Position numbers and translations under genes: made by a program. Below are positions 7,820 to 15,896 of a DNA stretch of 64,000 nt, in pieces. Location of the stretch: assembly GCA_046331405.1 (NCBI GenBank), contig JAXLQX010000010.1, positions 50,551 through 114,550 of the forward strand. Reading direction: 5' to 3'. The notes beneath the pieces were generated by a model. The model saw only the letters and a program-made list of their open reading frames with translations. It was not told the origin of the DNA and made no database searches. Position 1 is the stretch's first letter; each line of letters begins with the position of its first letter. The DNA is from Thermoanaerobaculia bacterium. Lineage in GTDB: Bacteria; Acidobacteriota; Thermoanaerobaculia; Multivoradales; SZUA-115.

Positions 7820-8141
7820 AGGAGCTTCCTCCTTGCTGAGGAGAGACCTGAGGTCTGAAAAAAGCCAAGTGTAGTTTGAGAGAAGTGCAGGAATGTGTCA
7901 AGAGGAAGAGGAAAGATAAGTAGAGCGTAAAGAGTCGAAAATTAAGATATATAGAAGTATGTTTCGAGAGTCCTCTGGTTGACGTGGCCGCGATGGCAGC
8001 TCTGTGACCGTTAAGCTGATGTGCCTATCGGTGCACCTGCCACGGAGCAGGCTTTGTGCAGAAGGCGTTGTTCAAGCGGTTCCCAACTTCGTGGCGAGAG
8101 GGCGACGCCAGGGCAAGCCCGAAGTGAAGGCTCGAGGGCGT

Positions 8142-9209
8142 TCATTGCGACGCAGCTCGCTGGCTGGTGGCTGCCGCCGGAACAGGACTCGGCAGACCCC
8201 TGAAGGCCAAGTAGGCTTTGGCCTGTCCCCGCCCCACCTTCACATGGCTGAGCGCCCTCACCAGATGGCTGCTCTGGCCGATGGCTTCTCTTGGCCAGCG
8301 TTCGGGGGCTTCGAGGAGCGTTTCCGTTCCTGGCCAGTGGAGGAGGGCTTGGGCTTTTTCGTCGCAAGCCAGGCCTTGTTGAACGAGGTGGCGAAGGAGG
8401 CTCGACCACCGGGGTTCCCGGGGTGGTTGGTGGCGGAAGGAGGCTTCGAGGCCGGGGTGGGGGAGGATCTCGTCCCCATTCTCGCCGCCCAAGTCGAAGG
8501 AGAGGTGGCAGCGGTCGGCCCGGGGGAGGAGAGGGAGGAGCTCCTGCAGGCTCCGGACGGCGGCTTCGGGGCCGATTCGGCGGAGGGTTGAGAGAAGGAG
8601 GGCCGAGTCCTGGCTGGCGAGCTCGAGGCGGAGGGGTTGGCCGGGCCGGGAGGCGAGGTGGAAGAGGTAGAAGAGCTGCACGCCGGGAGGGAGGGCTTCG
8701 AGGCAGCGCTCGAGGAGCCGAGCTTCCCGGCCGCGCGTTCGGCGGCCGCGAAGGGCCGGCACCAGGACCTCGACGAGCCAAGAGGCTGGCACCGGGTCGG
8801 CGAGGCGGGCGCAGAGGATCGGCGGCGGTGCCGGTGTGGCGCCGGGAGGCAAGTCCAGCTCCAGCCAGAGGGCTGAAACCGGGTGGGGAAAGCCGAGCTC
8901 CTGCCAGCCTCCCCGGAGCAGGCGCTCGAGGGACGGAGAGCCGCTTGAGAGCTGGACTTGCGCGGCCTCTCCCGGATGCGCGAGGCGGGCGGCGAGGTCC
9001 ACCTGGGGTGCGCCAGTGGCGAGCCGGAGCTCGAGAATGCCCAGGCAGCCGGGTGGGAAGCTCTCGGCCGCAAGAGCCGCCTGCTCGAAAGCGGCCTTGC
9101 TCACCAGGGTGGGCGGCAGGTGGGGGCGGCAGCAGCGGAGCCAACTTGCCAGGGAGAAGGGCGCGGTGTCGGGCTCCGGGCGGGCGGGAGCGAGCGGCTT
9201 AGCCTCCAC
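8142..9209 (-). CDS. hypothetical protein, candidate tailoring enzyme for the Nif11-type peptide (start uncertain: GTG 9209 or ATG 9272)
   Basis: This is the only frame in 8.0-9.3 kb with balanced amino-acid composition and strongly GC-biased third positions. Its 5' end overlaps the 3' end of the upstream precursor gene. It shows five hairpin-like strand pairs alternating with helical segments (see findings). I recognise no catalytic motif. Confidence 0.65.
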   Translation of the reverse strand: MEAKPLAPARPEPDTAPFSLASWLRCCRPHLPPTLVSKAAFEQAALAAESFPPGCLGILELRLATGAPQVDLAARLAHPGEAAQVQLSSGSPSLERLLRGGWQELGFPHPVSALWLELDLPPGATPAPPPILCARLADPVPASWLVEVLVPALRGRRTRGREARLLERCLEALPPGVQLFYLFHLASRPGQPLRLELASQDSALLLSTLRRIGPEAAVRSLQELLPLLPRADRCHLSFDLGGENGDEILPHPGLEASFRHQPPREPRWSSLLRHLVQQGLACDEKAQALLHWPGTETLLEAPERWPREAIGQSSHLVRALSHVKVGRGQAKAYLAFRGLPSPVPAAATSQRAASQ

Positions 9210-9453
9210 CCCCGGTTCCCGGCGGAGGCGGATCACCGGTCCAGCCTCCGGCAACGTCTTCCAGTTCCTCATCCGACAGCTCGGTGGTGCTTTCCGCCAG
9301 GCCGCGGGCTTCGTCGAGGGTCAGGTGGAAGCCCAGGGACGCGGCGTGGGCCCTCCAGGCTTCTGCGTCGAGGCCGAGGGCCGAGAGCTGTTCGAGGAGC
9401 CGAGGGTCGGCGCGTAGGGCCGCGGAGAATCGGTCGAGGTCTTGAATGGACAT
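9199..9453 (-). CDS. Nif11-like leader peptide family RiPP precursor (84 aa)
   Basis: It starts at an internal ATG with GAGGAGGA upstream. The product is MSIQDLDRFSAALRADPRLLEQLSALGLDAEAWRAHAASLGFHLTLDEARGLAESTTELSDEELEDVAGG followed by the core WTGDPPPPGTGGGG. The layout matches Nif11-type leaders, which end in LSDEELExVAGG. Confidence 0.8.
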   Translation of the reverse strand: MSIQDLDRFSAALRADPRLLEQLSALGLDAEAWRAHAASLGFHLTLDEARGLAESTTELSDEELEDVAGGWTGDPPPPGTGGGG

Positions 9454-9558
9454 CTTCGAGTCCTCCTCTCTCGTTGATTCCGGAGAAGCTAGTATGCCAG
9501 AGAATCGCCGCTTTGACTCTCTCGGTTCGGCTTGACCCCTGGTTCGGGGGAGGGCATC

Positions 9559-10707
9559 ATGCGTGGGCTCGAATCCGAAGCCCGAGGTGCCCGGTTGAAC
9601 CGTGATGGCAGGCTGATCCCGACGATCCACCCGGACATTGCCCAGGCCGAGACGCTGCCGGGCTGGTTCTATGGCGATACCTGCGTGTACCAGCAGGCGA
9701 AGGAGCGCGTCTTCGCCCGCTCCTGGCAGTGGCTGGGAGACCTCGACCGCTTGAAGGTGCCCGGCCAGGTGTGGCCGATGGTGCTACTGGAAGGTTGCCT
9801 GAACGAGCCGCTGCTCTTGACCCGGGACACCCGAGACGAGATCCACCTGCTGTCGAACGCCTGCACCCACCGAGGCAACCTGGTGTGCGAGGGCGAGGGT
9901 GTGGAGCAGGTGCTGCGCTGCCGCTACCATGGGCGGCGCTTCGGGTTGGACGGCCGGTTTCTCTCCATGCCGGAGTTCGAGGGTGTGGCGGGCTTCCCGT
10001 CGCCGGTGGACGACCTTCCCGCCGTGCCCTGGCGGCGCTGGCGGAAGTTCCTCTTCGCTGCCGTGGAGCCGGCCTTCCCGTTCGAGGAGTGGCTCGCCGA
10101 GGTGGAGGCCCGGGTGGGCTGGCTGCCGATCGAGCAGGCCACGTTCGATGCCTCGCGCTCCCGGGACTACCTGGTCCAGGCCAACTGGGCGCTCTACTGC
10201 GACAACTACCTCGAAGGCTTCCACATCCCCTACGTCCACGTGGGGCTCGCTGGCGCCCTGGACTACGGTAGCTACACCACCGAGCTCTATCGCTTCACGA
10301 ACCTGCAGCTGGGGGTGGCGAGCGGTGGAGAGGATGTGTTCTCGCCGCCGCCCGGCCACCCGGATCACGGCAAGGCGATCGCCGGCTACTACTACTGGCT
10401 CTTCCCCAACCTGATGCTCAACTTCTATCCCTGGGGCATCTCGGTGAACGTGGTGAAGCCGCTCGGGCCGGAGCGCACCAAGGTCTCCTTCTTGACCTAT
10501 GTGTGGGACCCGGAGCGCCTCGACCGCGGAGCCGGCTCCTCTCTCGATCGCGTGGAGCGCGAGGACGAGGCGATCGTTGAGGCCACGCAAACGGGGGTGC
10601 GTTCGCATTTCTACGGCCGGGGTCGGTACTCGGTGAAGCGCGAGGAGGGGGTGCACCACTTCCACCGCCTGCTGGTGGCGGCCCTGGGCTCGGGCGGGAC
10701 CGGATGA
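9559..10707 (+). CDS. Rieske [2Fe-2S] non-heme iron oxygenase, alpha-subunit type
   Basis: The Rieske motif is CTHRGNLV...CRYHGRRF. The mononuclear iron motif is NWALYCDNYLEGFHIPYVH. It starts at ATG 9559, after GGGGGAGGG. The track's 9532 start is a TTG extension. Confidence 0.85.
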   Translation: MRGLESEARGARLNRDGRLIPTIHPDIAQAETLPGWFYGDTCVYQQAKERVFARSWQWLGDLDRLKVPGQVWPMVLLEGCLNEPLLLTRDTRDEIHLLSNACTHRGNLVCEGEGVEQVLRCRYHGRRFGLDGRFLSMPEFEGVAGFPSPVDDLPAVPWRRWRKFLFAAVEPAFPFEEWLAEVEARVGWLPIEQATFDASRSRDYLVQANWALYCDNYLEGFHIPYVHVGLAGALDYGSYTTELYRFTNLQLGVASGGEDVFSPPPGHPDHGKAIAGYYYWLFPNLMLNFYPWGISVNVVKPLGPERTKVSFLTYVWDPERLDRGAGSSLDRVEREDEAIVEATQTGVRSHFYGRGRYSVKREEGVHHFHRLLVAALGSGGTG

Positions 10708-10714
10708 GCGGGGG

Positions 10715-12088
10715 ATGAGCGAGCCTTCGAAACAGCCGGAGCTGGTGCGAGGACTTTCGAGCTGGGATGCGGTGCTCCTCGCCGTGGGTGGGGTGGTGGG
10801 AACGGGGATCTTCCTCACCTCCGCAGACCTCGCCAAGGCCCTGCCCAGCCAGGGCTGGATTCTCGGGGTGTGGGTAGCGGGAGGGCTCTTGACCTTGGCG
10901 GGAGCCCTCACCTACGCCGAGATGGGGGCGATGTACCCGCGGGCCGGCGGCCTCTATCAGTTCCTGAAAGAGGCGTACGGGCCGTTCTGGGCTTTCCTCT
11001 ACGGCTGGACGGCCTTCACGGTGATCATGACCGGGGGCATCGCGGCGATCGCCGCCGGCTTCGGCGAGTACTTGGGCTCGTTCCTGCCGTTCTTCGGCTC
11101 GAGCCATGTGCTGGTGTCGGTGCCGCTCGGCTCCTTCACCTGGACCCTGGCGGGCAACCAGCTGGCGGCGGTGCTGGCCATTCTCTTTCTCACCGTGGTG
11201 AACGTCCTGGGCCTGAGGCAGGGGGCCGGCCTCCAGAACCTGCTCACGGTGGCCAAGGTGGGCTCGTTGGTGGTGTTCGTGGTGGCGGGCTTTTGGGTGA
11301 AGCCGGTCGCTGCCGCGAACCTTCCTGCGGCGGGGGCCCCCACGGGCTTGCTGACCGCCTTCGGCGTGGGCATGGTGGCGGTGCTCTGGACCTACGATGG
11401 CTGGTACGGCCTCACCTTCACCGCGGGAGAGATGCGCAAGCCGGAGCGCAGCCTGCCGATCGGGCTGGTGGTGGGAACGCTGATCGTGGCGGCCCTGTAC
11501 GTAGGCTTGCAGCTGGTGTACTTCCGGGCGCTGTCGCTCGCCGAGATGGCCGCGAGCCCGCGGGTGGGTGAGGCCGCGGCGGGCGCCCTCTTCGGGCCCA
11601 CGGGAGCGCGGCTGCTCTCGGCGGTGGTGCTCCTCTGCTCCTTCGGCTGCCTTTCGGCCACCATCCTCTACAGCGCTCGCATCTACCTGCCCATGGCCCA
11701 GGACGGCGTGTTCTTCCGCGCCGTGGGGGCCGTGCATCCCCGCTACCGCACGCCCCACGTCTCGCTCTGGGCGCAGAGCCTGTGGGCCCTGCTGCTGGCG
11801 GTTTCGGGCACCTTCACCCAGCTCTACACCTACGTGGTGTTCGCCAGCGTGCTGTTCCAGATGGCGACCGGCGGGGCTCTCTTCCGCCTCCGGGCCCTCT
11901 ACCCGCAGCTGCCCCGCCCCTACCGGGTGTGGGGCTATCCCTGGGTGCCGGCGCTCTTCATCCTGGCCTCCCTGCTGCTGGTGGCCAACACCCTCCTCGA
12001 GCGCCCGGTCGAGTCCCTGATCGGCCTCGGCCTGGTCGCCCTCGGCGTGCCGGCCTACTTCGCCTGGCGGCGCAAGGCTGGGGCTTAG
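10715..12088 (+). CDS. APC-family amino acid permease
   Basis: This 457-aa polytopic membrane protein starts SWDAVLLAVGGVVGTGIFLTSADLA...LTYAEMGAMYPRAGGLYQFL. That N-terminal signature is typical of amino acid/polyamine/organocation transporters. Confidence 0.85.
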   Translation: MSEPSKQPELVRGLSSWDAVLLAVGGVVGTGIFLTSADLAKALPSQGWILGVWVAGGLLTLAGALTYAEMGAMYPRAGGLYQFLKEAYGPFWAFLYGWTAFTVIMTGGIAAIAAGFGEYLGSFLPFFGSSHVLVSVPLGSFTWTLAGNQLAAVLAILFLTVVNVLGLRQGAGLQNLLTVAKVGSLVVFVVAGFWVKPVAAANLPAAGAPTGLLTAFGVGMVAVLWTYDGWYGLTFTAGEMRKPERSLPIGLVVGTLIVAALYVGLQLVYFRALSLAEMAASPRVGEAAAGALFGPTGARLLSAVVLLCSFGCLSATILYSARIYLPMAQDGVFFRAVGAVHPRYRTPHVSLWAQSLWALLLAVSGTFTQLYTYVVFASVLFQMATGGALFRLRALYPQLPRPYRVWGYPWVPALFILASLLLVANTLLERPVESLIGLGLVALGVPAYFAWRRKAGA

Positions 12089-12100
12089 CCTACCCTGGTA

Positions 12101-12128
12101 GGCAGGGGGGCTTCCCCTGCCTTGGGTT
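12101..12128 (+). terminator. hairpin after the permease gene
   Basis: The stem GGCAGGGG / CCCCTGCC (8 bp, 5-nt loop) begins 13 nt after the TAG stop. It is followed by TTGGGTT, a weak U-tract. Confidence 0.4.
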
Positions 12129-12257
12129 CGCCCTGCCTTGGCGGGAGAAGCGGTAGAGTAGGCGCTGTTGGTCCGAAGGGGTTCTCATGTCTGGCTTACA
12201 GCCCCTACAGCAAGCTTCTACATGGTTCTTCGCACTCCTCAGGAGGGAAGGCGAACG

Positions 12258-14624
12258 ATGATTCCGGAAATTCGCTCCATCGATTGCGACTGTGGGCGCG
12301 AGCTCGAAGCTCGGGCCCTTGCTGGTGCCACCTCGAACCGCTCCCGTCTGGGGGCGGTTCTCGCTGCCCTGGTGTTGGCTGCGTTGCCCTTTGAGGCCGC
12401 CTGGTCCGAGGCGGCTCCCACGGCGAGCGCCGATCCCACCACCTCGACAGCCGATCCATCCTCCCAGCCTCAGGCTTCCTTCTTCGAAGCCACCACGGTC
12501 ACGGCCACCGGCAGCGCCGTGGACGAGTTCGAAATCGCCACGCCGGTCACCGTGCTCGGCGCCTCCCAGATCGAGCAGCGGGCGCCGCAGAACGCCGCCG
12601 CGCTCTTGGCGAGCGAGCCGGGCGTGGACGTCAACGGCGTCGGCCCCAACCAGCCCCGGCCGGTGATCCGCGGCCAGCGGGGACTGCGGGTGCTGCTGCT
12701 GGAAGACGGCCTGCGGCTCAACAACGCCCGCCGGCAAACCGATTTCGGCGAGATCACCGGCCTGGTGGACATCGAAGACGTCGACGCCGTGGAGATCGTG
12801 CGCGGCCCGGCCTCGGTGCTCTACGGCAGCGACGCCCTGGGGGGCGTGTTGAACGTCATCACCAAGACTCCCAGCTACCGCCAGGGCCAGGCCCTGGGCG
12901 GTGCCTTCGGGGTCCGTTACGGCTCCGCGGGGGACGAGCAGCGGGTCTTCGGCTCGGCGGACGGCCGCGCCGGCAAGTTCTCCTACCGCCTGGGCCTCAC
13001 CTACCGCGACGCCAGCGAATACAAGGCCGCCTCGGGCAGCTTCGGGAGGGTTCACCTCGCCAAGGACACCCCGGTGCGCGATACCGGCGTCACCGACAAG
13101 AGCGCTTCCTTCCACCTCGGCTATCAGCTCAGCGACGAGCACTCCCTGGCGCTGCGCTGGCACCGTTACAAGGCCGGCGAAACCGGCTTCGGCTTCGTCG
13201 AGCCGAGCCTCCTGGGAGAAGGGGACGACGCGCGGATCCGCATCCTCTACCCGAACCAGGACTTCGACCGTTGGACGCTCTCCTATCTGGGCTCGAACCT
13301 GCACAGCTGGGCAGTGGACAACCTCGACGTCCAGGCCTACCGGCAGTCCAACCAGCGCGAGCTCGCCAACCAGATCGACGTCAACATCGGGCCGATCTTC
13401 CCCGGTGCGCCGAACTCGTCGGTCCACGCGGATACCCTCAACAAGACCGACCTCGACACCACCGGCCTGAGGCTCGAGGCGGTGAAGCTCGCCGGGCAAC
13501 GGCACCTGATCACCTACGGCTTTGAGGGCACTCAGGACGACTCCCACAACACCGACGCCTCGGTGATCACCACCACCATCCGCTTCCCCTTCCCGCCTTT
13601 CGAGCGGGTGCGGGTGACGAGCGACAACGTGGCCAACGCCCCCAACGCCACCAACCGGAACTACGGCGTGTTCGCCCAGGACGAGGTGACCGCCACGGAG
13701 AAGCTGAAACTCACCGTGGGCGGCCGCTACCAGCGGGTGGAGACCCAGGCCGAAGCCACGCCGGGCTGGGATACCCGCGGCCTCGACTTTTCGGACTCGG
13801 CTGTGGTGGGCGCGGTCTCGGGCCTCTATCGACTGAAGGACTACCTCCACCTGGTGGCGTCCTACGGCACGGCTTTCCGGGCGCCGAACATCATCGAGCG
13901 GCTGTTCAACGGCCCCACTCCCGAGGGCGCGGGCTACCAGATCTTGAACCGCGACCTGACCTCCGAGACCAGCTCGAACTTCGACCTTGGCCTCAAGTAC
14001 CGCCGCCAGAACGCGATCGCCCAGGCGACGGTGTTCCGCACCGAGATCAAGGACGGCATCGTGCAGGAGTTCCTCTCCCCGGCCGAGGTCGCCGCCCTGC
14101 CGCCCGCGGTCCAGGAGGCCATCCGGCAGTCCGGTGCCCGCTTCGTGGTGCAGCAGCAGAACGTGGAGAAGCTGCGCTACGAGGGAGTGGAGGTCTCGCT
14201 CGCCTACCGCTCGCCCCGCGGCCTTTCGGTGGGCGGCAACTACACCTATCTGGACGGCAAGCGGATCGACAGCTCGGCGGTGCCGATCGGCGACACTTTC
14301 GGCGAGAAGATCAACTTCTACGCCCATTACCAGCCCACCGGCGGCCGCTACTGGGTGGAGTACCGCTTCCGCCACAACGGCCGCGAGAAGGCGAATCTCG
14401 ATCCGGACGAGCCGGATCCGGCGGTGGGTCGCACGCTGCCGGCCTTCACCGTGCACACGCTCTCGGGGGGCGTCACCCTCTTCGAGCGAGGCAACCAGCG
14501 CCACTCGCTCGCCCTGGTGGTGGACAACCTGACCAACGAGCTCTACGCCGAGTTCTCCAACGCCACCTTCTTCCGCCCGCAGCCCAAGCGCAACGTCACG
14601 GCGACCTACCGGGTGGGCTTCTGA
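12258..14624 (+). CDS. TonB-dependent outer-membrane receptor
   Basis: Plug-domain motifs are present (VTVLGASQIEQRAPQNAAALLASEPGVDV and IVRGPASVLYGSDALGGVLNVITK). A long beta-barrel region ends in TYRVGF with a terminal Phe. ATG 12258 follows AGGAGGGAAGG, and there is a signal-like AVLAALVLAALPFEAAWS. Confidence 0.9.
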   Translation: MIPEIRSIDCDCGRELEARALAGATSNRSRLGAVLAALVLAALPFEAAWSEAAPTASADPTTSTADPSSQPQASFFEATTVTATGSAVDEFEIATPVTVLGASQIEQRAPQNAAALLASEPGVDVNGVGPNQPRPVIRGQRGLRVLLLEDGLRLNNARRQTDFGEITGLVDIEDVDAVEIVRGPASVLYGSDALGGVLNVITKTPSYRQGQALGGAFGVRYGSAGDEQRVFGSADGRAGKFSYRLGLTYRDASEYKAASGSFGRVHLAKDTPVRDTGVTDKSASFHLGYQLSDEHSLALRWHRYKAGETGFGFVEPSLLGEGDDARIRILYPNQDFDRWTLSYLGSNLHSWAVDNLDVQAYRQSNQRELANQIDVNIGPIFPGAPNSSVHADTLNKTDLDTTGLRLEAVKLAGQRHLITYGFEGTQDDSHNTDASVITTTIRFPFPPFERVRVTSDNVANAPNATNRNYGVFAQDEVTATEKLKLTVGGRYQRVETQAEATPGWDTRGLDFSDSAVVGAVSGLYRLKDYLHLVASYGTAFRAPNIIERLFNGPTPEGAGYQILNRDLTSETSSNFDLGLKYRRQNAIAQATVFRTEIKDGIVQEFLSPAEVAALPPAVQEAIRQSGARFVVQQQNVEKLRYEGVEVSLAYRSPRGLSVGGNYTYLDGKRIDSSAVPIGDTFGEKINFYAHYQPTGGRYWVEYRFRHNGREKANLDPDEPDPAVGRTLPAFTVHTLSGGVTLFERGNQRHSLALVVDNLTNELYAEFSNATFFRPQPKRNVTATYRVGF

Positions 14625-14650
14625 TCGCGGCGGCTTGATACACTGACGGG

Positions 14651-15841
14651 GTGATGAACCTGGCACCTTCCCACCGCCCCGTCGCGCAGATCCTGGACGA
14701 TGCGGTCGCCGGCCGGCGCATCTCGGCCGGCGACCTTCATACCCTGCTCCTCGAGGGCGACCTCCTGGAGCTGGGCCTGGCCGCCAACGAGGTCCGCAAT
14801 CGCCTGAACGACCCGCGGGTGGCGACCTACAACATCGACCGCAACATCAACTACACCAACGTTTGCGTCTACAAGTGCCGGTTCTGCGCGTTCTACCGCG
14901 AACCGGGGGACGCCGAAGGCTACCTGCTGCCCTTCGAGGAGATCGCCCAGAAGATCGAGGAGACCCTGGCGCTCAACGGCACCGGCATCCTGATGCAGGG
15001 CGGGGTTCATCCCGAGTTGCCGATCGGCTACTACGAGAACCTCCTGCGCCAGATCCGCGAGCGCTACCCGGAGCTCCACCTCCACGCCTTCTCCCCGCCC
15101 GAGATCAAGTTCATCGCCAAGAAAGAGCGGCTGAGCTTCTACGAGGTGATCGCGCGCTTGAAGGCTGCCGGGCTGATGTCGATCCCCGGCGGCGGGGCGG
15201 AGATCCTCTCGGACCCGGTGCGCAAGGAAGTATTGGCCTGGCCCAAGGCCTCGGCCGAGGAGTGGATCGACATCATGCGCCAGGCCCACGGCAACGGCCT
15301 GCGCACCTCGGCCACCATGATGTACGGCATGGGCGAGGAGCTCGTGTCGCGGGTGGAACACTGCCAGCGAGTGCGCGACCTCCAGGACGAGACCGGCGGC
15401 TTCACCGCCTTCATCTCCTGGACCTTCCAGCACGAGCACACCGATCTCGCACACATCCCCGAGACCTTCGCCGACGAGTACCTGCGCACCCTGGCCGCCA
15501 CCCGGCTGTTCTTCGACAACATCGTGCACTTCCAGACCAGCTGGGTCACCCAGGGCAAGAAGATCGGCCAGACCGCCCTCGCCTTCGGCGCCGACGACAT
15601 GGGCTCGATCATGATCGAGGAGAACGTGGTCTCCTCGGCCGGCACCTCCTACCGCATGAGCCAGGACGAGATGGAGCACTTGATCCGCGCCGCCGGCTAC
15701 GAGCCCCGCCAGAGGACCAACCTCTACGAGCGCCTGGTCACCCGCGAAGAAACCGCCCCCCTCGCCCGCAAGTACCGAGACGCCCTCACCCCCGCCAACC
15801 GCGACCTGGTCTCGAGCGCGCTGTTGCCGGTGGTGGGTTAG
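14651..15841 (+). CDS. MqnC/MqnE-family radical SAM enzyme (futalosine menaquinone pathway)
   Basis: It contains YNIDRNINYTNVCVYKCRFCAFYR (CxxxCxxC) and GGVHPELPIGYY. The length and layout match the CofH/MqnC/MqnE group. I cannot separate MqnC from MqnE by eye. The start is either GTG 14651 or ATG 14654. Confidence 0.75.
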   Translation: MMNLAPSHRPVAQILDDAVAGRRISAGDLHTLLLEGDLLELGLAANEVRNRLNDPRVATYNIDRNINYTNVCVYKCRFCAFYREPGDAEGYLLPFEEIAQKIEETLALNGTGILMQGGVHPELPIGYYENLLRQIRERYPELHLHAFSPPEIKFIAKKERLSFYEVIARLKAAGLMSIPGGGAEILSDPVRKEVLAWPKASAEEWIDIMRQAHGNGLRTSATMMYGMGEELVSRVEHCQRVRDLQDETGGFTAFISWTFQHEHTDLAHIPETFADEYLRTLAATRLFFDNIVHFQTSWVTQGKKIGQTALAFGADDMGSIMIEENVVSSAGTSYRMSQDEMEHLIRAAGYEPRQRTNLYERLVTREETAPLARKYRDALTPANRDLVSSALLPVVG

Positions 15842-15896
15842 AAGTTCGCTCGCACCGGGCCCTCGGGCGAGGTCCGGAGAGTTCAGGGCGGGCTCG

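Noticed and set aside
8004-9202. Several long overlapping ORFs in other frames (8011-9144 minus, 8258-9073 minus, 8291-9202 plus, 8004-8591 plus).
   Set aside because: Their translations are Pro/Arg/Gly/Ala/Ser-dominated, as expected from off-frame reading of high-GC DNA. Only the 8142-9272 minus frame has balanced composition and GC-rich third positions.
9559-12088. The Rieske oxygenase (and the following permease) as tailoring genes of the Nif11-type peptide locus.
   Set aside because: It is transcribed divergently and is followed 7 nt later by an amino-acid permease, which points to small-molecule catabolism. Adjacency alone does not support a RiPP role.
12090-14666. An 858-aa minus-strand ORF.
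   Set aside because: It is antisense to the clearly recognisable TonB-dependent receptor. Its Gly/Val/Arg/Ala-rich translation carries no motifs.
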